A stretch of 64,000 bases of DNA from Candidatus Omnitrophota bacterium (GCA_018817165.1 JAHITY010000072.1:49164-113163); one strand, 5' to 3'; shown: positions 1 to 9,991, counted from the stretch's first letter. Translations and numbers: made by a program. The notes: generated from the letters alone by a model not told the origin.

Positions 1-61
1 CAGAAAAATTATTTTTGAACCGAACTTCTGTGATTTTAAGCGTTATTATGATGCGGCGCGT

Positions 62-1147
62 TTGTTAGGTGTAGGAAATATTTATCAATTAGATATCGGC
101 TATCATCCGCTATTTTTTTTAATTTTCAAATTATTTTCTTTTCTTCCCCAGCGATACGCTGGAATTATTTGGTGTATTGTGATGATTTCGTTAGTTTTTA
201 TCTCTATTAAACTTATGTCATCTTTTATCGATAAACGGTTTACTCCACACTCGTCTTTGCCGACAATCTTTGTGCTGATTTTCATCACTTTTTCATATCA
301 ACCTTTGATGGAGGATTTAGTAGTCGGACAAGTTAATATTATTTTAATGCTGCTATTTAGTTTAATGGCTTTTAGATTTCAGAAAAATAATATTTTATCA
401 GGATTATGCATGTCTATTATGCTTTTATTGAAGCTGCAATATGGACTATTCCTGGTTTTATTTTTACTGCGAAAACGGTATAAGGTTATTGCCAGTACTA
501 TTTTTTTCTATTTGTTGTGGGCAGGTATTTTCTCGGTGTTTATCGGTGGGGAAATAATGGGATTATATTTTAAAAAGCTATTTTTCTTTATTGGGCCTCA
601 GGATCGGTTTGCGCTTCTTGCCGGAGATGAATTTTTCCTGCCGTGCATATTTGGGGTTTTATCTAGAGTTTTTTACAATTCTAATTGGCTATCTATGCGT
701 GTAGTAAAAATTATTTATATAGTACTTTCAACCGGATTGCTGATAAATACATATCGGTATATACAAATAAAAAAGGTTACGGATGAGTTAGAAAATATTT
801 ACGCTTTTATCATGACTGCACTGCTTATGCTTTTCATAACTCCGTTTACGGAATGCCATCATTTAACGATCCTTCTTCCAGCGTTTTTCTTTTTATTTTA
901 TGATACGATAGAAAAAAAAGGAAATAATGATAAGATTTTGTACTTAAGTGCTTTTTTTCTAATTGCTTTAAAATATTCATTGAATCAGTTTCCATCTTTT
1001 CATTCAGGAATATCAAGCTTATTATCAATGGGGAAATTTTACGGTTTAATTATGCTTTATGTTCTAGTATTACGTTTAATGAAAAATAGGCAAGGCATAT
1101 CCGGGGAAAGAATTGAGGACAATAATAAAACTAGGGGAGTATTGTGA
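62..1147 (+). CDS. Polytopic integral membrane protein, possibly a GT-C-fold glycosyltransferase (DUF2029/GT87-like); the true 5' end may lie upstream of the window
   Basis: 361-aa ORF that is hydrophobic throughout (>8 predicted TM helices). Its stop overlaps the start of the next GT4 gene (1144) with the ATGA/GTGA-type overlap typical of an operon. No catalytic motif recognised with confidence. Confidence 0.5.
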   Translation: MLGVGNIYQLDIGYHPLFFLIFKLFSFLPQRYAGIIWCIVMISLVFISIKLMSSFIDKRFTPHSSLPTIFVLIFITFSYQPLMEDLVVGQVNIILMLLFSLMAFRFQKNNILSGLCMSIMLLLKLQYGLFLVLFLLRKRYKVIASTIFFYLLWAGIFSVFIGGEIMGLYFKKLFFFIGPQDRFALLAGDEFFLPCIFGVLSRVFYNSNWLSMRVVKIIYIVLSTGLLINTYRYIQIKKVTDELENIYAFIMTALLMLFITPFTECHHLTILLPAFFFLFYDTIEKKGNNDKILYLSAFFLIALKYSLNQFPSFHSGISSLLSMGKFYGLIMLYVLVLRLMKNRQGISGERIEDNNKTRGVL

Positions 1148-2247
1148 AAATTAATATTGTGCATATAGTTGAAGATCTAAAAACCGGAGGCTTGGAAAAA
1201 GTCATAGCGAGTATTGTCACAGGGTTGGATCATGAAAAATTTAACCTTAGGGTTTGGTGCTTGGCAAGAGGCGGGGATATTTTTGACGAACTAAAAATAA
1301 AGGGATTGGAAATCGAAAACCTGGAGATGAAATCGCCAAAAAATCCGCTGTTTTTAATTAAGCTTTGGAAAAAATTTAAAATCAATAAGATTGATATAGT
1401 GCATACTCACGGTTATACAGCGACAACAATCGGCAGGCTAACCGCATTTTTTGCCGGGGTTAAAGTAATTATAGCGCATATTCATTCAACTTATTATAAT
1501 TATAATAAAAAGCAGTTGATTATTGAAAAAATATTCAGTTTGTTTACAAATAAAATTATTTGCTGTTCTAAAGCGGTTGCTGGTTTTGTCAGAGAAAATG
1601 AAAAAATTGATTTGCGTAAAATCCAGGTTATTTATAATGGGATAGATTTGCATAAATTTGAAGTTGTGTCTTCAGTAAAAAACCATGAAAATAAAAGATT
1701 TACTATCGGTTGTGTGGCTTCTTTGGTTGAACATAAAGGGCATAAATATTTATTGGAAGCGGCAAAAGAAGTTTTAATCGCGCTGCCGGATAAAGTAAGG
1801 TTTATGCTTGTGGGAGACGGCGTTTTAAGGCAGCAATTAGAAGATCAGGCCAGAAGTCTGGGGATATCAGAGTATGTTTCGTTTATGGGTAATGTTACGA
1901 ATGTCGAGGCTTTAATCAGCACTTTTGATATTGCCGTGTTGGCATCCTGTGAGCGCGAAGGCCTTGGTTTGGCATTGCTTGAGGCTATGGCTGGCGGAAT
2001 ACCAGTGATTGGGACTAATGTCGGCGGTATTCCGGAAATTATTGAAAATAAGAAGAATGGGCTTTTGGTTAAACCCTATGACTCAAAATCAATTGCCCAG
2101 GCAATTATTCTGATGTGTAGTGACTGGCCTCGAACAAAAAATATGGGGGATAAAGCCCGATTAACCGTGGAAAAAAAATTCTCAAAAGAGATTATGCTCA
2201 AAACAATTACAAAATTATATTTGGAATTATATAATGGAAAAAAATAA
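1144..2247 (+). CDS. Glycosyltransferase family 4 (GT-B fold)
   Basis: 367 aa. N-terminal 'IVHIVEDLKTGGLEKV' with 'VHTHGYTATTIGRL'. C-terminal 'EGLGLALLEAMAGGIPVIGTNVGGIPEII' is the E-x7-E / nucleotide-sugar binding signature of GT4. Paralogous to the CDS at 55717. Confidence 0.85.
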   Translation: MKINIVHIVEDLKTGGLEKVIASIVTGLDHEKFNLRVWCLARGGDIFDELKIKGLEIENLEMKSPKNPLFLIKLWKKFKINKIDIVHTHGYTATTIGRLTAFFAGVKVIIAHIHSTYYNYNKKQLIIEKIFSLFTNKIICCSKAVAGFVRENEKIDLRKIQVIYNGIDLHKFEVVSSVKNHENKRFTIGCVASLVEHKGHKYLLEAAKEVLIALPDKVRFMLVGDGVLRQQLEDQARSLGISEYVSFMGNVTNVEALISTFDIAVLASCEREGLGLALLEAMAGGIPVIGTNVGGIPEIIENKKNGLLVKPYDSKSIAQAIILMCSDWPRTKNMGDKARLTVEKKFSKEIMLKTITKLYLELYNGKK

Positions 2248-3331
2248 AAAAAGACCATATAGAATTTTATTTATCAGTAGTTTTGGTGATTTAAAAGGCG
2301 GTGGGCAGAGAAGTTTACTTTTATTGCTTAAGTATCTGAATAAACAGAAATTCATTCCAATTGTTATTGTTCCGGAAAAGGAAGAAGTTGCAATGGAATT
2401 AGAAAAAATGGGAATTGAAGTGATTATTTTGAGTTTCCCCAGGATACGCTCAATAAACACATTTAAAGTATTAGCGGCTTTCTTCAAACTTAAGTCAATT
2501 GTTAAAGCCAAAGAGATTGATCTGATTCATGCTGATTCTCCCCGGGAAACTGCTTATGCCGGAATTGTCCGATTTTTTCTAAAAGTCAGAGTAATCCTGC
2601 ATTTAAGAGTTAGCGATAAAATAAGCTGGATCGATAAGATTGTATATCAATTAACCGACAGAATGATCGCGGTTTCCAGGTCACTGACTTCTCGGTTTAA
2701 AGGTATTGATAAGAAAAATAAAATTTCAGTTGTTTATAATGCGGTAGATTTAAATGAATTCAAACCTTTAGCTTATAAACAGGATAATGAAAACAAAGCT
2801 TTACGCATCGGGTATTTTGGAAGAATTGTCAAGCGCAAGGGAATTGATGTATTGATCAAGGCATTTAATTATTTAGATGGTGAGATCAGTCTCTTGATTA
2901 TGGGCAGCGGCGAGGATCAATATCTTGAGGAACTTAAAAAAATGGCAGAAACCGATAAGCGGATAGAGTTTAGGCCTTATCAGCAAAATATCCATGATGA
3001 AATTAATTTAGTTGATATAGTTGTGTTACCATCAGTGCAAGGAGAAGGTTTATCGAGAATTATTATTGAGGCAATGGCTATGGGTAAAATAGCAATAGCA
3101 TCAAATCATCCGGAGAATTTAGAAGCATTAGGTTGTGATCTGGAAAGGTTTGTTTTTGAAAATAATGATGAGAAAGACCTGGCGAGAATCATCACCAAGA
3201 TCAGGAATAATAAAGGCCTTCAAGATAGTATTCGTTTAGTCGCTCGCAAAAGAGCAGAGCATTTTTTTGACGCGCGAAAAAACACGGTTTTAATCGAGAA
3301 TATCTATTATTCTATTTTAGGAAAAAAATGA
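2234..3331 (+). CDS. Glycosyltransferase family 4
   Basis: 365 aa. 'ILFISSFGDLKGGGQRSLLLL' N-terminus and 'EGLSRIIIEAMAMGKIAIAS' EX7E-type motif. Overlaps the upstream gene by 14 nt. Confidence 0.8.
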   Translation: MEKNKKRPYRILFISSFGDLKGGGQRSLLLLLKYLNKQKFIPIVIVPEKEEVAMELEKMGIEVIILSFPRIRSINTFKVLAAFFKLKSIVKAKEIDLIHADSPRETAYAGIVRFFLKVRVILHLRVSDKISWIDKIVYQLTDRMIAVSRSLTSRFKGIDKKNKISVVYNAVDLNEFKPLAYKQDNENKALRIGYFGRIVKRKGIDVLIKAFNYLDGEISLLIMGSGEDQYLEELKKMAETDKRIEFRPYQQNIHDEINLVDIVVLPSVQGEGLSRIIIEAMAMGKIAIASNHPENLEALGCDLERFVFENNDEKDLARIITKIRNNKGLQDSIRLVARKRAEHFFDARKNTVLIENIYYSILGKK

Positions 3332-4440
3332 AAAAAACAAAAAGCAGAATTAAACAATTAATTCATTTTCTGAATTTAGGCTGGATGGTCGGATTAATTC
3401 GCAAAGCTAAATATGCTTTACTGGATGTGTTCGGGAATATTTTTTTCACGGCGGCAAGATTGTTAAAATTTTTACCCTTTGCAAAGACTTGGGATGAGAA
3501 TGCTGCTAAAAATATTTTAATCGTGCGTAATGATAGAGTCGGGGATCTGGTGCTTTCCACTCCGGCTTTGCGCGCGGTCAGGGAAAAATATTTTGACGCG
3601 AAAATCCACTTATTGGTCAATAATTATGCCAAAGATTTAGTAATTAATAATTTGAATATTGATAAAATTCTCACAGAGGAAAAGGAAGTTTTAAATACAA
3701 AGTATGATTTGGCGATTGCTTTGCATGCTGGGTTTAAGCAGAATCAGATACTTTTTCAAAGCAGAGCAGATTGTCGGATAGGGTTTATTGGCGCGGGAGG
3801 TGGGTTTTTTTTAACGGAAAAGATTAAAGATGATCGCAGCGCAAATCCGATGCATGAGATTGATTTTACTTTGCTGGCTGCGCAAAAGGCCGGAGCAGAT
3901 ATCGCGAATAAAAAGCTGGAAGTTTCGATAACAAATCAGGGAGAAAAATTTGCTGATAAATTTTATTTTGATAATAAACTTACTGGGTTGACAATAGTTA
4001 TCCACCCCGGGGCAAGACAAGAGATCCTCCGCTGGTCAAAACATAGCTTTGCCCAACTGGGTGATTTACTGATTAAGCAGTTTAAAGCGAAAGTTGTTTT
4101 AACCGGCACAGCTAAAGAAAAAGAACTGATCGCTGATATTATTGCTGAAATGAAGAGTAAACCAGCAGTTTGTTTGGATGTTAAATTAACGGAATTGGTT
4201 TCAGTTATGAAAAGAGGATCAATGTATGTGGGCAACATAACCGGGCCAATGCATATTGCCTGCGCGCTGAATATCCCGGTAGTGGCGATTACGGGTTTAT
4301 TTGGTTCGTTGGATGATATTAGATATTGGGGACCGCGCTGTGATAAATTCGAGATTGTGCGCAAGCAAGGCATTGATGCAATAACGGTAGATGATGTTTA
4401 TCAAGCAGTGCTAAGATTAGCAGGTGAAAATGCGGCGTGA
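3328..4440 (+). CDS. Glycosyltransferase family 9 (ADP-heptose:LPS heptosyltransferase-like, RfaF/WaaC family)
   Basis: 370 aa. 'ILIVRNDRVGDLVLSTPALRAVREKYFDAKIHLLV' is the canonical GT9 N-terminus. 'GNITGPMHIACALNIPVVAITG' is the C-terminal GT9 motif. Confidence 0.8.
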   Translation: MKKTKSRIKQLIHFLNLGWMVGLIRKAKYALLDVFGNIFFTAARLLKFLPFAKTWDENAAKNILIVRNDRVGDLVLSTPALRAVREKYFDAKIHLLVNNYAKDLVINNLNIDKILTEEKEVLNTKYDLAIALHAGFKQNQILFQSRADCRIGFIGAGGGFFLTEKIKDDRSANPMHEIDFTLLAAQKAGADIANKKLEVSITNQGEKFADKFYFDNKLTGLTIVIHPGARQEILRWSKHSFAQLGDLLIKQFKAKVVLTGTAKEKELIADIIAEMKSKPAVCLDVKLTELVSVMKRGSMYVGNITGPMHIACALNIPVVAITGLFGSLDDIRYWGPRCDKFEIVRKQGIDAITVDDVYQAVLRLAGENAA

Positions 4441-5146
4441 GATAAATGCTGAGGTTTATGACCAGAATGTTTTAGCTGAGGGATTGCAGGTTCAGATAGA
4501 TAATTATTATCAGCCGAAAACTATTGCTCAGAAGAGACGGATTGAGCTTGTAGTGGGTTTGCTGGATCCTCAGCCTGATCAGAAAATTCTGGACATTGGT
4601 TGCGGCGTGGGAACTTTTGCTTATGCCGCGGCTAAACAGCAATCCCAGGCATATGGTTTGGATTATTCTCATGAATCGCTGAAAGTGGCTAAACTATTAG
4701 CAAATAGGTTTAAAACAGGGCAAAACAGTGTTTTTGTAACAGCCAGCGCATTAAGTTTGCCGTACAAAGATAATTGTTTTGATAAAGTGGTGATCGCTGA
4801 TTTTATTGAGCATATAACTGATCCTGAAAAAAAACTTCTTTTGGAAGAGGTTTGGCGGGTTTTAAAGCCAGGAGGGGAAGGGGTGGTTTTCACTCCTAAT
4901 GCAATCAGAGAAAATATCGGAGAGATTTATTGGAAACTAAGACATCTAGTGTCCAAAGAGAAAATTCCTAAAACAGATTTACATTATGGGTTGATAAGCC
5001 GCAGAAAGTTTGAGCGGATATTAAAACAGAATAACTTTAAATTTAGTTTTAAATACGCGGATACAACCAGACCTTATTTGGCAAGGATTCCTTTGTTTAA
5101 TTATTTACTGGCGCTTAATCTTTTATGGAAAATAAAAAAGGTATGA
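4424..5146 (+). CDS. Class I SAM-dependent methyltransferase
   Basis: 240 aa. 'ILDIGCGVGTFAYAAA' (motif I) and 'VLKPGGEGVVFTP' (motif post-II). Start overlaps the GT9 stop. Confidence 0.75.
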   Translation: MKMRREINAEVYDQNVLAEGLQVQIDNYYQPKTIAQKRRIELVVGLLDPQPDQKILDIGCGVGTFAYAAAKQQSQAYGLDYSHESLKVAKLLANRFKTGQNSVFVTASALSLPYKDNCFDKVVIADFIEHITDPEKKLLLEEVWRVLKPGGEGVVFTPNAIRENIGEIYWKLRHLVSKEKIPKTDLHYGLISRRKFERILKQNNFKFSFKYADTTRPYLARIPLFNYLLALNLLWKIKKV

Positions 5147-6207
5147 ATTATCAGAAGATATTAATAATAAATTTAGCGGGAATCGGCGATTTACTTTTGT
5201 CAACTCCAGCTTTAAAAGCATTGCGTAAATCTTTTCCCAAGGCAAAAATTTTGATGCTAACTTCTGCAAAAGTTTATGAGCTTGCCCAAGAGTTTGAATT
5301 TATTGATAAAGTCTTCTGTATAGAACTTAATTACGGAGGAATTATCGGAACGGCTAATTTTTGGAGCCAATCCATTGGTTTAATAAGATTAAGGATGGAA
5401 AGATTTGATATCGCCATTAATATGCGCACTTTGGTCAGTGATAAAAGCGCGCATAAAATGCACGCATTAATAAAATTCATTAAACCGCGTAAATCCGCGG
5501 GCAGAGACACAGAGAAAAGAGGTAGTTTTTTTGATATAAAAATTCCGGAAACTCAAATCGGACAAAAATATGAATCTGATTATGATATTGATTTAGTTGA
5601 GGCTGTGGGTGCAACTGTTATTGATCGGAAAATTGATTTTAAACCCAAAGACAATGATTTAACTGATATTAAACAAAAATTGCTTGCAAAGAATATTAGT
5701 AAAGATTCTATAATAATCGGTATCCACCCGGGAGGAATGCCGACTCGTCGTTGGCCTATTGAAAAATTTTGCCAACTTATGGAAAAAATAAGTAAGGAAA
5801 TTAATTGTTATTTTGTAATTACTGGCGGGAATAATGAATTATCTTTGGAGCAAAGACTTGTGGGGACTTTGCCGAACAGGACGATTTCTTTTATAAATAA
5901 GCTTAATATTAACCAAACAGCGGCTTTGATATCCAGGTGTAATGTTTTTGTTTCCAATGATACCGGGCCAATGCATATTGCCGCTATTTTAAAAACACCG
6001 CTAATCGCTTTATTCGGACCAGGAGATATAAAACGTTTTGATCCGCGCGTGATATTTGAACCGGCAAAAGTGTTTTACAATAAACAAGAATGTGCTCCTT
6101 GTGAGCAGGTTTTTTGTGATAATATGCAGTGCATGCGATCAATAGACCCAGAAACTGTGGCAAAAACAGTGATTAATTTACTGAAAAAGGATAATAATGC
6201 TGAATAA
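5125..6207 (+). CDS. Glycosyltransferase family 9 (heptosyltransferase-like), second paralog, with a C-terminal 4-Cys motif
   Basis: 360 aa. 'ILIINLAGIGDLLLSTPALKALRKSFPKAKILMLT' and 'SNDTGPMHIAAILKTPLIALFGP'. C-terminus 'CAPCEQVFCDNMQC' (C-x2-C-x4-C-x4-C). Confidence 0.8.
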   Translation: MENKKGMNYQKILIINLAGIGDLLLSTPALKALRKSFPKAKILMLTSAKVYELAQEFEFIDKVFCIELNYGGIIGTANFWSQSIGLIRLRMERFDIAINMRTLVSDKSAHKMHALIKFIKPRKSAGRDTEKRGSFFDIKIPETQIGQKYESDYDIDLVEAVGATVIDRKIDFKPKDNDLTDIKQKLLAKNISKDSIIIGIHPGGMPTRRWPIEKFCQLMEKISKEINCYFVITGGNNELSLEQRLVGTLPNRTISFINKLNINQTAALISRCNVFVSNDTGPMHIAAILKTPLIALFGPGDIKRFDPRVIFEPAKVFYNKQECAPCEQVFCDNMQCMRSIDPETVAKTVINLLKKDNNAE

Positions 6208-6859
6208 ATTTTATTGCTGGATTCATCGAAAATTATCAAGACCAGATGAACAAGGAGAGTATTCTGCTGGTGTCTGGCAAAATGCGGTAAGAGATGAAGT
6301 AATCGCTTTATCTGCTGACGCGTCAGGAAAAGTCCTGGAAGTCGGTTGCGGAGAGGGTTTGCTGCTATTAAAGCTTGCTAGGTTGGAAGCAAAACTTGAT
6401 ATCTATGGTATAGATATTTGGAATGATATATTGGTAAGGGCGCAGAGCAAACTTGATAAAAATAATATTCATAATGTGAAACTTAGCCAGGCGGACGCGA
6501 CGAAACTTCCGTTTAGTGATAATTTTTTTGATCGGGTTATCTGTATTAATGTTTTTTTTAATTTACCCCAAGAAGAGATGGTTTTACAAACGATAAAAGA
6601 GATTTCAAGGGTTGTAAGAAAAAATGGTAAAATAATCGTGGATATCCGTAATAGTTTGAATCCCTTGCTTTATTTGAAATATAAATTTGCTAAATATTAT
6701 GATTCCACAGTCAAAGATTTACCATTGCGAACCTATAGCTATAAGAAAATAGTAAATTATTTGGAAGAGAATAATTTTAAAGTGATTAAAAAAATAGAAA
6801 TTGGTTTTCCTAAGAATAGTTTAGCGCCAATTTTTGTGATTAAAGCCCAAAGGATATGA
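6197..6859 (+). CDS. Class I SAM-dependent methyltransferase (second copy)
   Basis: 220 aa. 'VLEVGCGEGLLLLKLA' motif I and 'VRKNGKIIVD'. Follows the second GT9, mirroring the GT9-MTase pair upstream. Confidence 0.75.
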   Translation: MLNKFYCWIHRKLSRPDEQGEYSAGVWQNAVRDEVIALSADASGKVLEVGCGEGLLLLKLARLEAKLDIYGIDIWNDILVRAQSKLDKNNIHNVKLSQADATKLPFSDNFFDRVICINVFFNLPQEEMVLQTIKEISRVVRKNGKIIVDIRNSLNPLLYLKYKFAKYYDSTVKDLPLRTYSYKKIVNYLEENNFKVIKKIEIGFPKNSLAPIFVIKAQRI

Positions 6860-8040
6860 TGATGATCAAGAAAATTCCAATCAGCGGGACAAAACTAGGG
6901 ATTATGAGTGTTTGGGCAAGTCTGATAAGCTTGTTTGATGATAAACGTATTGTCTTAAAATTGAAAAAAATAGTGCAAAAATATACTCAATCGGAGCATG
7001 TTTTTTTTCTAAACTCAGGACTCAGCTGTCTGTCGGCAATTTTAGAAGCGCTTAAAAACAAATCTGCAAAAACTGAAGTGATCTTGCCAGCATACACTGC
7101 AGGATCATTGATTGTCGCGATTCAAAAAGCAGACTTAAAACCAGTGCTTTGCGAAGTGTCTCCGGAGGACTTTAATTTTGACAGCAATTTTTTGGACAAA
7201 ATTGTTTGTTCAAACACGCTGTGTATAATCGCAGTGCATATGTTTGGCATTGCCGCTGTTGATATTGAAAAAATTAAAAATAAATACCCGGATATAGTAA
7301 TTGTCGAAGATGCCTGTCAAAGTATGGGGACAGTGATAAATAATAAATCGGTGGGGAATCTGGGGCATTTAAGCTTCTTTAGCTTGAATAAGGGGAAAAA
7401 TCTATCGACTTTTGGCGGAGGGATCATTGCCACTAATGATCTCTCTCTGTCGGAAAAAATAAAAGCACAAGGAACTAAATCAAAAAAACAAAGTCTGCTT
7501 AGGAAAATAGAAATTTTCATCAAGCTGATTGTTTTATCAGTGGTAGTTAATCCGATTGTCTATGGGTTGTTATATCCGATTGTCGAGCGGTTTAAAGAAA
7601 CTGCTCCACCGGAAAATGTGGAGATCAAGGATTATACTGGATTACAGGCGCATCTGGCATGTTCTTTGTTTGAGAAATTAGGGAGAGCATCAGATGAGAG
7701 ATATGCGAATGGGATGAGCTTAATCGCAGGACTCAGCTCTGAAAAACAATTGATCTTGCCGCAAATTGCTGAAAATTCCAAACCAGCGTTTAATCGTTTG
7801 CCGATAGTATTTCGGGATCTTAAGAAAAGACAGCGAGTAGAAGTAAAATTAAAACAGGCGGGAATTGAAACTTCGCGGATGTATCTTAAGCCATTGCATC
7901 ATATGTTTGATTTGGGGTATGCTTGGGGTAATTTCCCAAATGCGGTTTTTTTAGCAGGACATTTATTAACGTTGCCTTGTCACCCATTACTTAAGCAGAG
8001 TGATATTGATAAGATTATAAAAATAATAAAAAGCGCGTAG
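6856..8040 (+). CDS. DegT/DnrJ/EryC1/StrS-family PLP-dependent sugar aminotransferase
   Basis: 394 aa. 'DIVIVEDACQSMG' and 'SFFSLNKGKNLSTFGGG' (Schiff-base lysine context) are characteristic of the DegT family. Confidence 0.7.
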   Translation: MMMIKKIPISGTKLGIMSVWASLISLFDDKRIVLKLKKIVQKYTQSEHVFFLNSGLSCLSAILEALKNKSAKTEVILPAYTAGSLIVAIQKADLKPVLCEVSPEDFNFDSNFLDKIVCSNTLCIIAVHMFGIAAVDIEKIKNKYPDIVIVEDACQSMGTVINNKSVGNLGHLSFFSLNKGKNLSTFGGGIIATNDLSLSEKIKAQGTKSKKQSLLRKIEIFIKLIVLSVVVNPIVYGLLYPIVERFKETAPPENVEIKDYTGLQAHLACSLFEKLGRASDERYANGMSLIAGLSSEKQLILPQIAENSKPAFNRLPIVFRDLKKRQRVEVKLKQAGIETSRMYLKPLHHMFDLGYAWGNFPNAVFLAGHLLTLPCHPLLKQSDIDKIIKIIKSA

Positions 8041-8139
8041 ACACAAGGAAACAAAAAACAGAAGCAGGTGTGATAAACACTGATAAAAAAAAGTATTGAT
8101 GAACACAGATGGAATTGACCATCGACCATAAGTGTTCTT

Positions 8140-8280
8140 TGCTCATCCATGGCGGTCTAGAATCAATTATTTATGCTCATTCTCGCTTTACATCCTGTAA
8201 AGCTCCGAGGATAGATCTCTGATTTTGCCAGTCCTATCAAAATCAGGCTCTAAACCCGCCAAAATAATTATTCTAGCCCT
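8140..8280 (+). repeat. Dispersed structured repeat family 1, copy 1 (~135 bp; TIR-bounded, MITE-like or ncRNA)
   Basis: Near-identical to 48590..48729. Ends 'ggtCTAGAATcAATTATTt ... aAATAATTATTCTAGcc' form a ~15-bp inverted repeat. Internal hairpins gctttaca-tcc-tgtaaagc and ctgattttg-N10-caaaatcag. Confidence 0.6.
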
Positions 8281-8363
8281 CTGCAGTTATTAATTACGAA
8301 TTGTTAGTTTTTACTTTTTACTATTAGCCATCGACAATTAGCAATTAGCCTTATGCTTTTCCC

Positions 8364-8398
8364 TTGTGACCTTGTGTCTTGGTGACTTTGTGACCTTG
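8364..8398. repeat. Degenerate heptamer microsatellite (CTTGTGW)x5
   Basis: 'cttgtga ccttgtgt cttggtga ctttgtga ccttg' directly abutting the stop of the minus-strand ABC permease gene. Same motif family as 38829, 44632, 48817 and 62067. Confidence 0.6.
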
Positions 8399-8400
8399 AA

Positions 8401-9207
8401 TCAATACTGGGTTAGACTGCCGCGGCAGCAGGCAATATAGATTGCTTTTTTAAAAGCTTTTAGGCTGAGAGGGCAAAGGACAATAGAGAATATAAGCAAA
8501 AATAGCAGTTCGTTTTTAAGTTGAAAAATGCTATAACCTTGATAAACCGCTAGTTCTATGGCCCGGATCGCATAAGTTACCGGCAAGCAATGGGCAATAA
8601 TTTGCAAATATCCCGGTAAAACACTGATCGGAAAGTAAACTCCGCCTACCACACCCTCTAAAGTACTGATCAGCCAAGCCGTGGGATTGCCTCTTTTATA
8701 AATTAAAATAAAGCTGGCTGAGAGAATTCCCAAACTGCTAAAAGAAATGATAGTTAAAATTAGTGCGGCAAAAGTTGAGATCAGGTTAATGTTGGAGAAG
8801 TTTATTTTAAATAAAAACAGACCAAAAAGAAAATAAATCAAAACATCTATTGTGGCAAAGATAATGTTCCAAATTGTCATGCTTAATAGTATTATTTCAG
8901 TTTTTGTCGGTGTCAGAAGTAGAGATTCGAGGGTTCCTTGTAATTGTTCAAATCGAATTCGAGATGAAAAGGATCCTATCCCAACTCCAATATAGCTAAA
9001 AAATGCCATGCTTAATAAAACATAGGAAAAATAATTTACCCCAAATTCCTCTAAGTATTTGTTCATATTGTTGCCAAATAATTTATTAATGAAGAAATAT
9101 ATTAATAGCGATGCGCAAACACTGAAGATATTCATAATAAAAGCTAATTTATAGCTAGATTCCATTAAGAAATCTTTTTTAAGCAAAGCAAAAATTTTTC
9201 TAAGCAT
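8401..9207 (-). CDS. ABC-2 type transporter permease (Wzm/TagG-like polysaccharide export permease)
   Basis: 268 aa with 6 predicted TM helices. 8-nt overlap with the upstream ATPase gene. Context of glycosyltransferases. Confidence 0.7.
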   Translation of the reverse strand: MLRKIFALLKKDFLMESSYKLAFIMNIFSVCASLLIYFFINKLFGNNMNKYLEEFGVNYFSYVLLSMAFFSYIGVGIGSFSSRIRFEQLQGTLESLLLTPTKTEIILLSMTIWNIIFATIDVLIYFLFGLFLFKINFSNINLISTFAALILTIISFSSLGILSASFILIYKRGNPTAWLISTLEGVVGGVYFPISVLPGYLQIIAHCLPVTYAIRAIELAVYQGYSIFQLKNELLFLLIFSIVLCPLSLKAFKKAIYIACCRGSLTQY

Positions 9208-9991
9208 TTTTCATCACCGTCTTATAAATATCAGTTAAAGAGGCATCAGCGTTCTTAAGGTTTTGGTGTAAAGTATCGATACTGCCTAAGGCAGCAATTT
9301 TTCCACTTTTGAGAAACATGAATGTATCACAAAGATTTTCTGCTTCTGGAATATTATGACTGGTTAAGATAATGGTTGTCTTGTTTGCGCTAAGATCCTT
9401 AATGAATTTATAGAGACTCATTGATGTGTCAAAATCAAGGCTTTTGGTTAATTCGTCGACTAAAAGTATTTTAGGCCGATGAATAATTGCTCTTAAAAGA
9501 GAAAGCTTTCTTTTCATTCCAGAGGAATATGTGTCAAAGCGTTTGTGAATATAATTTATATCAAATATTGATAAAAGCTCATTAATGCGAAGTTTTGTTT
9601 GCTTGGGCGTTAATCCGTACATAGCGGCAAAAAACTCTAGGTTTTGTATGCCGCTTAAACGCCAATAAAAACTGCGTTCTTCATTGTCGACAAATCCAAA
9701 AAGAGATTTTATCTTATCGGCTGGGGTATTAGCAAGATAGTGGTCGATAACTATAGAGCCTTTATCTGGAATGATTAAAGTACAAAGGCATTTTAGTAGT
9801 GTGGTTTTTCCGGCCCCATTTGGTCCGAGTATTCCCAGTATTTTGCCCGAATCTAATTGGAAATTTATGTCTTCCAATGCGCTAACAGGATTCTTGTTTG
9901 CGAGTCTAAACTTGAGGATATCCTGCAAGGTTAGCACGGGGGAAAATGATTTACTCATATGGGAGACGTGTATAATATTAGCTTGATTCAT
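9200..9991 (-). CDS. ABC transporter ATP-binding protein (Wzt/TagH-like, no C-terminal extension)
   Basis: 263 aa. Walker A 'GPNGAGKTTLLKCL', signature 'YSSGMKRKLSL', Walker B 'ILLVDELTKSLD'. Confidence 0.85.
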   Translation of the reverse strand: MNQANIIHVSHMSKSFSPVLTLQDILKFRLANKNPVSALEDINFQLDSGKILGILGPNGAGKTTLLKCLCTLIIPDKGSIVIDHYLANTPADKIKSLFGFVDNEERSFYWRLSGIQNLEFFAAMYGLTPKQTKLRINELLSIFDINYIHKRFDTYSSGMKRKLSLLRAIIHRPKILLVDELTKSLDFDTSMSLYKFIKDLSANKTTIILTSHNIPEAENLCDTFMFLKSGKIAALGSIDTLHQNLKNADASLTDIYKTVMKNA

